This document shows, in pieces, positions 28,558 through 36,818 of a stretch of DNA of 64,000 nt (position 1 is the stretch's first letter; each line of letters opens with the position of its first letter). A model generated the notes under the pieces. The model was given only the letters and a program-made list of their open reading frames with translations, was not told where the DNA came from and ran no database searches. A program made the position numbers and the translations under genes. The stretch comes from a virus: UHGV virus genome UHGV-0132465; one strand, 5' to 3'.

Positions 28558-28755
28558 ATGATTTATCGAATCCGTGTGAGAGAAGATGCACCAGGTTGTT
28601 ACTTTGACTGGCGTGGGTGGTGGTTTCTCCACCCAATGGATGGACTCACAGATAGAATGCTAGATGCTGCCCTTTACACAGATACTGACATAGAGTATAA
28701 TCTTTACTTGAAGGATGGTATCGATAACGGCCTGTTTGAAGCAATTCCTGCGTAA
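28558..28755 (+). CDS. hypothetical protein (65 aa)
   Basis: ORF with AGGAGG RBS. Confidence 0.45.
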   Translation: MIYRIRVREDAPGCYFDWRGWWFLHPMDGLTDRMLDAALYTDTDIEYNLYLKDGIDNGLFEAIPA

Positions 28756-28820
28756 GAGAATGTGATCGCCATGTTTTATGATCTTCCTGTAGCACCACCT
28801 ATTGATCCTGGAGAACTACG

Positions 28821-29246
28821 ATGATTTATGAAATGCCAAAACTGATTCGTGACGATGCACGAAACGCCCACACCTTTATTATGGGCAAGCGCATGGATAT
28901 TATTTGTCACAAAGACTTCTGGGAAGGGAGCTACTTCACAGAATATTTTGGAAAAATGGATGATGGCCTACTGATCCAGTTTTACACCGATGCGGAAAAC
29001 AACATTAGTTGGGAGTTCGAGACCGAAGATATCCATAAACTTTTCACCTTCCTAGACATTAAGGTTAAGGCCAAGTTTGAAGAAGGTGAGTGCGACGATT
29101 GTGGATTTTATGAGGTAACAGATTTCTATCTTCCGAGCGGTAAAAACCTTTACTATGAAAGCCACTTCGGTAACTCCAATATGCCACAGTGCTGGACTGA
29201 GTTTTTTGAAATTGTGGAAGAGGAGCTGGAATATCGTGATTATTGA
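28821..29246 (+). CDS. hypothetical protein (141 aa)
   Basis: ORF in co-oriented compact block. Confidence 0.5.
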   Translation: MIYEMPKLIRDDARNAHTFIMGKRMDIICHKDFWEGSYFTEYFGKMDDGLLIQFYTDAENNISWEFETEDIHKLFTFLDIKVKAKFEEGECDDCGFYEVTDFYLPSGKNLYYESHFGNSNMPQCWTEFFEIVEEELEYRDY

Positions 29247-29694
29247 TACTGTGGAGGGAGATTTAATCTCCCTTTTTAAGAGCGGTGCTGGTCACCTGAT
29301 CCACGGTTGTAACTGCTTCCACACAATGGGTAAGGGTGTAGCGAAACAGATTGCCCGTGAGTTCCCTCAAGCATTGGAAGCTGATAAAATGACTATGCAC
29401 GGTTGCCTAAGTAAACTGGGCGCGTTCTCCCGCTGGGAGCACTTATCTCCGAGAGGTATTGTCTACGGAATAAATCTGTATACTCAGTTCTACCCAGGGC
29501 CTAATGCTGAATATTTCTCAATACTGAAAGGCTTTGAGCGAGTCAATGAAGTATTTGAGGGGTCGATTTTACCATTCTACATCCCTAAGATCGGGTGCGG
29601 CATAGGTGGTTTGAAGTGGGAACATGTAGAGGACATTATTAACCTTGCCACTTTTGATATAGATATTATCGTGGTGGAGTACAAAGAGTGTTGA
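29236..29694 (+). CDS. TARG1/OARD1/DarG-like macrodomain protein (putative ADP-ribose hydrolase)
   Basis: GDLISLF...HGCNCFHTMGKGVAKQIAREFP and IPKIGCGIGGLKWEHVEDII align by eye with human TARG1 (GDLFA...[38 protein letters not shown]); GTG start after GGAG. Confidence 0.7.
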   Translation: MIIDTVEGDLISLFKSGAGHLIHGCNCFHTMGKGVAKQIAREFPQALEADKMTMHGCLSKLGAFSRWEHLSPRGIVYGINLYTQFYPGPNAEYFSILKGFERVNEVFEGSILPFYIPKIGCGIGGLKWEHVEDIINLATFDIDIIVVEYKEC

Positions 29695-29748
29695 CAGCTA
29701 TATTTTAAGGTGGTATAGTCACCACAACGATTAAGACAGAGGAGCACT

Positions 29749-29949
29749 ATGGAGACTAAAATCTTAATTCTAGCTGTGATAGATACAACAGAAGGAGCCA
29801 TGTTTGAATCTGCAGGAGGGTATTTCTACCTGCCCTACGGAAAAAGAACTTCCGAGCCGAGTAAAGATTCAATCCTCAAAGTGTTCCCGTGTGCTTTCTG
29901 GCTGGAGATCCTGGTAGAAGATTGCAGAGGATTGGGGAGAGAATTATGA
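29749..29949 (+). CDS. hypothetical protein (66 aa)
   Basis: ORF with GAGGAG RBS. Confidence 0.45.
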   Translation: METKILILAVIDTTEGAMFESAGGYFYLPYGKRTSEPSKDSILKVFPCAFWLEILVEDCRGLGREL

Positions 29950-30140
29950 GAAACAAGAAAGAGCTTTACTCTGGTGAGTGGATAAACGATCAACAGGTAG
30001 GAGAGGTAACCTGCTTCCGGTGCTTTACTCGGTACAATCTTAAAACTGCACCAAAAAGTGTTCCAAAGACTGATGGTTATTACATAAAAGAACCTCATTG
30101 CCCAAAATGCAAATGCCGAGTATACTGGAGTAACCTGTAA
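29946..30140 (+). CDS. zinc-ribbon protein (64 aa)
   Basis: CFRC ... CPKCKC cysteine pairs; ATGA stop/start overlap. Confidence 0.5.
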   Translation: MRNKKELYSGEWINDQQVGEVTCFRCFTRYNLKTAPKSVPKTDGYYIKEPHCPKCKCRVYWSNL

Positions 30141-30203
30141 AAGGTTGACATCTGAAAACTGCGGTGTATAATATAAACATAAACTAGCAGAGAGGGATAA
30201 ATT

Positions 30204-30395
30204 ATGGTAATTTTTAATCGAGACGGTATCATAGTTAGACAGCACCCATTCCTTGAATACTATCAAGTTGAGCAATGGTGTTACGGGGATTGCAGTCATT
30301 CCTATGGGCAAAGTTGGGGATATCGAACAGTTTTTGAATCAACAAATCTTGATAAAGTAAAACAGAAAGTCTTAGAACTTCTTAACAACAAGTGA
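30204..30395 (+). CDS. hypothetical protein (63 aa)
   Basis: ORF with GAGAGGG RBS. Confidence 0.45.
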   Translation: MVIFNRDGIIVRQHPFLEYYQVEQWCYGDCSHSYGQSWGYRTVFESTNLDKVKQKVLELLNNK

Positions 30396-30405
30396 GTATT
30401 ATACT

Positions 30406-30738
30406 ATGGTAACATTAGAAAGACGTAAAGCTATCGCCGCCACACTGGCAGATATCTTTTGGGATTGCAATTTAAAAGATACTCGAAATTGTGGCGCATC
30501 TGTAGATGTATTATTTCCACGACCTACCATTATTGCGATGGGTAACCTGCTGGATACAGTTACAGGTGCATGGGATAAGGAGGGCGGTTTCTATATCTGG
30601 CAACCTGTCTACGGAGCCTGGAAAGAGGTAAGAGGCGCTGATGACTTTGGGCCTACAGCCGCTAAGATGGATGGTTGGAAAATTTATGTTGGGAACGATA
30701 TGAAGCTGAAAGGTGAGATTGTTTACTGGTTACCTTAA
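30406..30738 (+). CDS. hypothetical protein (110 aa)
   Basis: ORF in co-oriented compact block. Confidence 0.5.
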   Translation: MVTLERRKAIAATLADIFWDCNLKDTRNCGASVDVLFPRPTIIAMGNLLDTVTGAWDKEGGFYIWQPVYGAWKEVRGADDFGPTAAKMDGWKIYVGNDMKLKGEIVYWLP

Positions 30739-30758
30739 TAAAACGCAGGAGATAAAGT

Positions 30759-31004
30759 ATGAACAAAGGGTGGACATTTGTAGACGGCGTTAAAAACATG
30801 CCTCTCGGAAAGTATATCGTAGCCATGGCTGACGAGAATGGTAATGTGGATTTCGGAGTTTGCGAGATTGTTCTTGCAGGATCTGGTGACTATGCCCACA
30901 AAACTGGGATAATTAACGGTCATTTCTACTTTGATTACAACCCTGTTGTGGCGTATATGGCTATGCCAGAGTTAGAGCTCCCAAAGGAGGGTGCAGATGT
31001 TTAA
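30759..31004 (+). CDS. hypothetical protein (81 aa)
   Basis: ORF with AGGAG RBS. Confidence 0.5.
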   Translation: MNKGWTFVDGVKNMPLGKYIVAMADENGNVDFGVCEIVLAGSGDYAHKTGIINGHFYFDYNPVVAYMAMPELELPKEGADV

Positions 31005-31194
31005 GCTTAAATCTGCATGGAACATTGCTGTGGGTGATGAGATCCGCATTCCGGGTGGGAAGACCGTTATGAAGATATCCCGTATTGAATACGAAGGCGA
31101 CCGTGTATTCCACATCTTTGCAGAAGATGGTCGGGAAATTTATGTACAAGCAGGCTCTCACATCTATATCCGTAAGAAAGGGGGTGACAAATGA
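30991..31194 (+). CDS. hypothetical protein (67 aa)
   Basis: ORF with AGGAGGG RBS. Confidence 0.45.
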   Translation: MQMFKLKSAWNIAVGDEIRIPGGKTVMKISRIEYEGDRVFHIFAEDGREIYVQAGSHIYIRKKGGDK

Positions 31195-31520
31195 CAGAGA
31201 TCATTATTTCAACTGCAGGGTATGTATTCCTGACAATCATTGCTCTGACCATTTTGGTGGCGGTATATGGATTTGTTATTCTACCTATTCTTGAGACAAT
31301 TAGTTTGTGTCGGTGTTGGAGAAAGGCTTACGGTCCACAGCCGTGGAGGGACTGGCCCCACCTGGTTCGCATAGCGTTCTCTTATGCTTATGATCACGCC
31401 AGCAGTGCATGCATAACCGGGTATCACGCTCACAATTGGAACTGGGAAGGGTTGGGTAGATGGAATGTTATAAAGACCATACCTCTACGTATGCACAAGC
31501 CTAAAAACAAAGACAGTTGA
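31191..31520 (+). CDS. hypothetical membrane protein (109 aa)
   Basis: hydrophobic N-terminal segment; ATGA overlap with upstream stop. Confidence 0.5.
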   Translation: MTEIIISTAGYVFLTIIALTILVAVYGFVILPILETISLCRCWRKAYGPQPWRDWPHLVRIAFSYAYDHASSACITGYHAHNWNWEGLGRWNVIKTIPLRMHKPKNKDS

Positions 31521-31550
31521 TACTTGAAAATCCCTGGCACATCAAGTATA

Positions 31551-31583
31551 AGGAGGATTTCTAAAATGGATTTCCTCCTTTTG
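31551..31583 (+). terminator. candidate intrinsic terminator (AAGGAGGA ... TCCTCCTT stem + TTTT)
   Basis: 8-bp inverted repeat followed by T-run after last gene of the block; could alternatively be RBS plus start of a 35-aa hydrophobic ORF (31566-31673). Confidence 0.4.
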
Positions 31584-31832
31584 ATATTTTACCTGGCCGG
31601 ATATTTTAAAATCCTTAGAAAATCAGAAAATGGATCGAAAACTAAAATGGATTTTTCAAGACAGGCGCGATAAGATGTGCTGCTCATTCTATCGTTCGCA
31701 CCGTACTTTAAGTCACTATTCCAGATTTTCCGCACATACTCTCACCCTTCTACCAGAACTTTCCCAGCTTACCTCTGACCTTTTATAACAATAAGTCCAT
31801 TATTATCAGAAAGTTTCGGCACATCTCTCTCG

Positions 31833-32010
31833 GTACTCGATCTGTTTTTCATTTCAAAGACCTGATTTTCTGAAAATTTTTCTCGATAAATTTCTTAGTA
31901 CTCGATCTGTTTTTCGTTTTCTGAATCAGATTTTCTGGAAATCGTTCCGGCGCTCGACCTAAAATTTTTGGGGACGAAATCGATTTTTCGTTTTCAGAAA
32001 TGGATTTTTA
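31833..32010. repeat. three spaced direct repeats (GTACTCGATCTGTTTTTC and derivative) with adjacent AT-rich tract
   Basis: exact 18-bp repeat at 31833 and 31898, degenerate third copy near 31980, about 65-bp periodicity, in an ORF-free 600-bp region. Confidence 0.6.
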
Positions 32011-32161
32011 AAATTTATATATGGGAATATTTTATTGGATATTGTTTTATAGGAAATTGTTACGGAGGGTAATTAGCATGCTAATTAAATTTATTAAATG
32101 CGAGGAGTTCTCATTTAGAATTTTGAATGATAATCATTCTCGTTTGCAGAATAACGGGCAC

Positions 32162-32313
32162 CCCCGGTGATTGTCTCCCGGCCCCTGTTGCCCCGGCTTG
32201 TTATTATAGTATCACACAGGACAAAGAAAGCAAGGATTTTTTGCATGAATTTTTAAACGATAATGATAACAGTTCTCATCTCATGCAACGCCCATCCCCG
32301 GTGGTTGTCTCCC
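32162..32313. repeat. GC-rich island with two direct repeats CCCCGGTG(A/G)TTGTCTCCC
   Basis: 18-bp repeats at 32162 and 32296 with one mismatch; all six frames open because of composition, no RBS. Confidence 0.5.
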
Positions 32314-32541
32314 CCGTCACCGGTGCCTGCCGTCCTTCCGATAAGTATATTGTGCCACCTAGCGGGGCCGCTGTCAACACCTTTTCAAAAAATTTTCTAA
32401 CCTGGTTCGTCCACCGCCGCAACCTGGCGGGGCCAACCATGCCGGGGGGCAAAATTATAAAAGTGGTTGCGCCTGGTCCTGAAAGGCAGTATAAAAGAAT
32501 CAGGAAAGAGAGATACCCAACAAGGCGAGGAGGAAAATAAA

Positions 32542-32712
32542 ATGAAAGGTAAAAATAAAAAAGATATCTCAATGAACTGCAAGGATATTAATGCAAAACG
32601 TGAAAAAGCGGCCCGTGATGCCCTGGTCAACTGGTTGGACTATGAAAAAAGGATGGTTGAAGCTGCAGGAGCTGCCGCCGGAGCTTTTTACCCTAAAAAT
32701 AATTTAAGATAG
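32542..32712 (+). CDS. small basic protein (56 aa)
   Basis: ATG after GAGGAGG RBS; first gene of the small-gene array. Confidence 0.45.
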   Translation: MKGKNKKDISMNCKDINAKREKAARDALVNWLDYEKRMVEAAGAAAGAFYPKNNLR

Positions 32713-32801
32713 CTATTGACAACGTGGCGAGTAACCTGGTATTCTTATCCACAAGATGAACAACACCGCTACACCATGCAGCTAACAGAGAGGAAAACAG
32801 C

Positions 32802-32999
32802 ATGAACGCATACGGCATTAAAGTACGTCGCAATATTCGCCAGGTGGTCACCGATCAAATGGTTTGCCGGGTGGATGTAACCATCAACAATGGGCAAGGT
32901 CTTTATAAATTCCGTCGCGGTCAGAGCTATACCCGGCAACAGCTTAATCGTTGCGCCCTGACAAAAGGACAGATCAACCACTGGTTTAATAAAAAATAA
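32802..32999 (+). CDS. hypothetical protein (65 aa)
   Basis: own promoter-like element and RBS. Confidence 0.5.
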   Translation: MNAYGIKVRRNIRQVVTDQMVCRVDVTINNGQGLYKFRRGQSYTRQQLNRCALTKGQINHWFNKK

Positions 33000-33003
33000 G
33001 TAT

Positions 33004-33032
33004 TGACATATAGTCCGACACCAAATACACTA
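33004..33032 (+). promoter_or_regulatory. sigma70-like promoter (TTGACA-17-TACACT)
   Basis: consensus -35 and spacing upstream of 33064. Confidence 0.55.
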
Positions 33033-33063
33033 AAAGCACAAAAGACACTGAGAGGATAAAATC

Positions 33064-33462
33064 ATGAAAACCACTACCTTTAATTTTGATAATGCGGACT
33101 TTTCTTTTTCTGATGTCAAGAACTGCCGTCGTGATCGTGGATTTTACAAGGCTTATAATCTGGTGGGCCTGGACGATGACAATAATTTGCACGAAGTAGC
33201 TGAGATCCGGTATTATGCCGCCGCCAGCGGGAACACTCAATACTGCGTTTTTTGGATTCACGACAACAAGAACAATAAGTACGGTTATACTGGCGGGAAG
33301 GCGAGCGGTCACGGTTACGATAAAGCTAATGCAGCACTTGAGAGCGCATTAAATGCTATGGGGATCACTGCCAACGGCTGGATCTATGAAGAAGAGTTTT
33401 TGTCGGCACTTGCTAACCACCTGGGCTATAAAAAGCACATTGTAACATGCGCCCACGAATAA
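33064..33462 (+). CDS. hypothetical protein (132 aa)
   Basis: ORF with GAGAGG RBS. Confidence 0.5.
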   Translation: MKTTTFNFDNADFSFSDVKNCRRDRGFYKAYNLVGLDDDNNLHEVAEIRYYAAASGNTQYCVFWIHDNKNNKYGYTGGKASGHGYDKANAALESALNAMGITANGWIYEEEFLSALANHLGYKKHIVTCAHE

Positions 33463-33468
33463 AAATTG

Positions 33469-33497
33469 TTGACACGCTGCAAAATTCAAGTAAACTA
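33469..33497 (+). promoter_or_regulatory. sigma70-like promoter (TTGACA, -10 TAAACT)
   Basis: consensus -35; -10 resembles the one inside the 45-bp repeated element. Confidence 0.5.
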
Positions 33498-33506
33498 ATC
33501 ACAAAA

Positions 33507-33525
33507 GGCGGGAAACATTCCCGCC
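33507..33525 (+). promoter_or_regulatory. 5'-UTR stem-loop GGCGGGAAACATTCCCGCC
   Basis: perfect 7-bp GC stem between promoter and RBS; near-identical copy at 36060. Confidence 0.6.
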
Positions 33526-33544
33526 AACACAAAGGAAAAAGATC

Positions 33545-33949
33545 ATGAATAAGAACGTACGCCGCATCATGAACGAGCTGGCAAACGATGAAAAAATTAT
33601 TGACATGCATTTGATCAACATTTGCCGCCGTTGTGTAACATATAACAACCGCGCCGCAAAAGCGCGTGAGATGAACGCAAAAGGCACCTTAAAGCCCTTC
33701 CAGGTGGTGGTAAAGGCCATTAAAGATGTAACTAATACGGCAAACCAGGTACAGGGGAACACCAACGAGAGTACCAGTATTGATCCGGCTTACATCATGA
33801 AACGGATCCGGACCTGCAAGAACAAAGAGCAAGTGTATAACGTCATAGACTGGTTGGATTCCATGGGCGACGTGGTGTACAATAGGTTTTCTGCAGCTAT
33901 CGAGATCCAGCTTGACAGGTTGGACGGGAAAGTACTGAAAACTTACTAA
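33545..33949 (+). CDS. hypothetical protein (134 aa)
   Basis: ORF with AAAGGAAAAAG RBS. Confidence 0.5.
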   Translation: MNKNVRRIMNELANDEKIIDMHLINICRRCVTYNNRAAKAREMNAKGTLKPFQVVVKAIKDVTNTANQVQGNTNESTSIDPAYIMKRIRTCKNKEQVYNVIDWLDSMGDVVYNRFSAAIEIQLDRLDGKVLKTY

Positions 33950-33951
33950 GT

Positions 33952-33996
33952 TTATTTTTAGATGGCCTTGACTCCAGGGCCATCAATAAAGTAAAC
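33952..33996 (+). repeat. 45-bp conserved intergenic element, copy 1 (TTATTTTTAGATGGCCTTGAYTCCAGGGCCATCAATAAAGTAAA)
   Basis: contains inverted repeat GATGGCC/GGCCATC and promoter-like TTGAYT ... TAAACT; copies at 34582 and 38318. Confidence 0.7.
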
Positions 33997-34029
33997 TAAT
34001 CTCAGTTAAGCGAAAAAGGGGGCTTTAAG

Positions 34030-34149
34030 ATGAGCACTACACGCCAATACACAAAGGTAACTATTATCGTTTGCGTTGTCGGTTACATCCTGGCGCAAAT
34101 GTTAATGAGTAGCGCTAACAGTTTTGCAAAATTTTTCTTAAATTTTTAA
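34030..34149 (+). CDS. small hydrophobic peptide (39 aa)
   Basis: RBS-preceded ATG; predicted single transmembrane segment; below ORF-track cutoff. Confidence 0.35.
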   Translation: MSTTRQYTKVTIIVCVVGYILAQMLMSSANSFAKFFLNF

Positions 34150-34176
34150 TTGACAAGCTAACTTAGATTGATATAC
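34149..34176 (+). promoter_or_regulatory. sigma70-like promoter (TTGACA-16-TATACT)
   Basis: consensus hexamers upstream of 34229. Confidence 0.55.
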
Positions 34177-34228
34177 TTAAACACGTAAACGGGAAAACTT
34201 CCCAGAACACACAAAAGGAGAAAACATT

Positions 34229-34579
34229 ATGAATACTTCCATCACTATGACCGCCGAAGAAAAAGCCCTGCAGATCGCCGCTCTGAAAAAACAGATTGCA
34301 GAACTTGAAGACAAGATCGACAATTTTGAAATCGACGAAGACAAATACGACGATAAATATGATGAATGGCTAGACGAAATCTATGGCGAAATTATGATCG
34401 GTTGTATCTCTTTTCTTCCGTCGCATATCCTCAAAGAGCTAGATCCTATCGCTTACCGCTGTGGCTTTAGTGATTATATTGATAGCCTAGATATTGAAGA
34501 TGACGAAGACTATCAGGAATTGCAAGCGGAGCTTGAAGAAGTGAAAGAAGAGCTTGCAGAACTGGAAGAAAACGAGTAA
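34229..34579 (+). CDS. acidic hypothetical protein (116 aa)
   Basis: ORF with AAGGAGAAAA RBS; Asp/Glu-rich. Confidence 0.5.
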   Translation: MNTSITMTAEEKALQIAALKKQIAELEDKIDNFEIDEDKYDDKYDEWLDEIYGEIMIGCISFLPSHILKELDPIAYRCGFSDYIDSLDIEDDEDYQELQAELEEVKEELAELEENE

Positions 34580-34581
34580 GC

Positions 34582-34626
34582 TTATTTTTAGATGGCCTTG
34601 ATTCCAGGGCCATCAATAAAGTAAAC
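34582..34626 (+). repeat. 45-bp conserved intergenic element, copy 2
   Basis: near-identical to 33952-33996. Confidence 0.7.
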
Positions 34627-34668
34627 TTTACACTGTTAACACTGAACTAATACAGAGGAGTTAAAACC

Positions 34669-34914
34669 ATGGCCGCACTAATTACCAAATATTATGCCCC
34701 TACCAACACCAAAAGCGCCCGTATCATGGTAAAAGGCTTCGGACGTAAAAAGGTTTACACCTGGGATTATTCCCTAGACATGGAAGACAACTACACCAAC
34801 GCAATGACCGATTTTATTAATGATCTGAATAAACAGATCTTGACCGACTACAAAGTGACCGATATTGCCTACGTCGGGGAAGGCGGGATCTGTTTTGTAG
34901 GCATTGTGAAATAG
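34669..34914 (+). CDS. hypothetical protein (81 aa)
   Basis: ORF with GAGGAG RBS. Confidence 0.5.
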   Translation: MAALITKYYAPTNTKSARIMVKGFGRKKVYTWDYSLDMEDNYTNAMTDFINDLNKQILTDYKVTDIAYVGEGGICFVGIVK

Positions 34915-34989
34915 TTATTTTTTCGGTGGTCCTGGCTGCAGGGCCATCTATAAAGATAATTTATTAACACCATGAAAGGAGAAAGTAAC

Positions 34990-35343
34990 ATGATCAGCGG
35001 TGCAAGTTTTATCATTGGCGCTATTGCTACGGCTTTAATTGTAAACAAGATCCAATCCAAAAACGAAAAAGAGAGCAACGCCTTTACAGAATACCCATTT
35101 TGGGTATTCAACGACAACGAAGACTATATAATCAAGTACAAGGATGAGAAGGGCGACCAGGTAACACCACGACCGATCCCGGCTTACAAGATGCAAGAAA
35201 CACTATACCGCCTAAAGGCTGGAGGCGCAAAAATCGTAGACTTTTGGGGATATGATTGCAAGGATCAGGAGGTTATAAAACGGCGTATCCGTGCGATTCA
35301 GGCAAATATTGAAATCAGTAAAGGGGGAAGTTATGAAAATTAA
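34990..35343 (+). CDS. hypothetical membrane protein (about 117 aa)
   Basis: start at ATG after AAAGGAG; N-terminal hydrophobic segment. Confidence 0.5.
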   Translation: MISGASFIIGAIATALIVNKIQSKNEKESNAFTEYPFWVFNDNEDYIIKYKDEKGDQVTPRPIPAYKMQETLYRLKAGGAKIVDFWGYDCKDQEVIKRRIRAIQANIEISKGGSYEN

Positions 35344-35530
35344 TTTCGAAAAAATTGTAAAGCGCCCTCATGATTCCGAAGAGTTGCCGAAACGCCGCCA
35401 GCGTAACAATAAACTGAATAAGCCAAAAAGGTTTGGGAAGATCTGGCGGAATCACTATGATCGCAAATTACCGGGCCTGCTTTTGGAACGTGAACGACAG
35501 GCAGAACGATACCGCCATAAAGACAAATAA
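35333..35530 (+). CDS. small basic protein (65 aa)
   Basis: ATG after AAGGGGGAAG RBS; Arg/Lys-rich. Confidence 0.45.
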   Translation: MKINFEKIVKRPHDSEELPKRRQRNNKLNKPKRFGKIWRNHYDRKLPGLLLERERQAERYRHKDK

Positions 35531-35538
35531 CAACCAAC

Positions 35539-35566
35539 GCCCCGCCATTGTGCGGGGCTTTTTATT
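35539..35566 (+). terminator. intrinsic terminator (GCCCCGC-CATTGT-GCGGGGC + T-run)
   Basis: 7-bp GC stem followed by TTTTTA. Confidence 0.65.
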
Positions 35567-35711
35567 TCTATCCCGCCGATAGCGCCCCTGGTTGGCCCCA
35601 CAAGCCCCCTAAAAGCCCCTACCTATGCAATCCCCTTTCTTAACCTGAAAACAGCGCCCAGGGCCGTTTTATGGCGTTAAAAATATTATTGACAGTGATT
35701 TTATTTAAAGC

Positions 35712-35739
35712 TTGACATCTTAAACAGGTTAGATATACT
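35712..35739 (+). promoter_or_regulatory. sigma70-like promoter (TTGACA-16-TATACT)
   Basis: consensus hexamers upstream of 35772. Confidence 0.55.
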
Positions 35740-35771
35740 AACCACATCAAAGAGAGAAAGGAGTAAACGCC

Positions 35772-36032
35772 ATGCGTAAATTAAAAAATTTTGATAAGGT
35801 TGATGTTGTCCTGAATAATTTTTACTACTGCAACAACAAGGCCATTTGGTGGCGTGATAGTTCCACCGATAAAGTCAAGGCGCGCTTTCTCCAGGGGCAC
35901 TGGCAAGGCCGCCCAGTGATTAAAATCATGGGGCAATTGGCAGCGTTTAAAAATTGCCGCCGTGTTGATGACGTTGAAGAGATTTTAAACATTTTGCGCC
36001 ACAATAATTTAAAAAATAGCGTTGACAAGTAA
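35772..36032 (+). CDS. hypothetical protein (86 aa)
   Basis: ORF with AAAGGAG RBS. Confidence 0.5.
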   Translation: MRKLKNFDKVDVVLNNFYYCNNKAIWWRDSSTDKVKARFLQGHWQGRPVIKIMGQLAAFKNCRRVDDVEEILNILRHNNLKNSVDK

Positions 36033-36049
36033 ATCTAGATAAGTATACT
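36022..36049 (+). promoter_or_regulatory. sigma70-like promoter (TTGACA-16-TATACT)
   Basis: consensus hexamers upstream of 36107. Confidence 0.55.
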
Positions 36050-36059
36050 TAAACACACA

Positions 36060-36078
36060 GGCGGGAAAACTTCCCGCC
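36060..36078 (+). promoter_or_regulatory. 5'-UTR stem-loop GGCGGGAAAACTTCCCGCC
   Basis: perfect 7-bp GC stem about 10 nt after the -10 element; paralogous to 33507. Confidence 0.6.
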
Positions 36079-36106
36079 ACTAACAAAGAAAATAGGAGAA
36101 AATATC

Positions 36107-36730
36107 ATGACCACCGTTAACATTACCACAGGTTACAATTTATCTTTCGACGTGCTGACCGATGAACAAAAAGAAAAAGCTATTGAAATGGTCCGCGAAA
36201 GAGAAGAACACAGCGGGGATAACTTTTTTGCAGAAAGTGTAATTGAAGACTATAAAGAATATATCTTTCCAGAGTATGGCCTTGAAGATACCAAGGTACA
36301 TTGGTCCGGCTTTTGGTGCCAGGGTGACGGCGCGTCAATCAGTGCGGAAAACGTGGATTTAGAAAAATTCTTGCGTAAAGTCAAGTCTCTGACTAAATTC
36401 CGCTCAATTCGTCACTTGTTCGGCACAATGCACGATGGCGAGCTATCCGCAAGTGTTGAGCGTGATCCATATAGCCGCTATAGTCACGAAAACACTGTAA
36501 GCGGGTACATCGATACTACATGGCTAGACCTGACAGCCAAGCAAGAAAGTAAGGTTGAAGAGCTGGAAGAGTTGATCACCGAGACGGTGCGGGAGCTATC
36601 CCGCAAGGTTTACGTAGACCTGGAGCAAGCTTATCTTGAACAATTTACTACCGAAAACCTGATCGGCCTTATCGAGGCCAATGATTGGCGGTTTGATGTG
36701 GATGAATATGGCGAGATGACTTTTTCATAA
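36107..36730 (+). CDS. hypothetical protein (207 aa)
   Basis: ORF with AGGAGAAAA RBS. Confidence 0.55.
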   Translation: MTTVNITTGYNLSFDVLTDEQKEKAIEMVREREEHSGDNFFAESVIEDYKEYIFPEYGLEDTKVHWSGFWCQGDGASISAENVDLEKFLRKVKSLTKFRSIRHLFGTMHDGELSASVERDPYSRYSHENTVSGYIDTTWLDLTAKQESKVEELEELITETVRELSRKVYVDLEQAYLEQFTTENLIGLIEANDWRFDVDEYGEMTFS

Positions 36731-36818
36731 ATAAAGTGTTGCAATAACCTAAAAACCTGCTATATTAAAACTCAAGGGGCAAGACGTTTGCCCCACACAA
36801 AACAAAGAGGAAAACATT

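Noticed and set aside
32127-32540. 137-aa plus-strand ORF and overlapping minus-strand ORFs (32276-32572, 32397-32630)
   Set aside because: Open frames occur on both strands in several frames, as expected for a GC-rich stretch with few stop codons; there is no RBS and the segment contains direct repeats, so it is treated as non-coding.
32736-32744. Perfect DnaA-box consensus TTATCCACA
   Set aside because: Single occurrence; a 9-mer is expected by chance about once in a window this size when both strands are considered, and no cluster of boxes is present.
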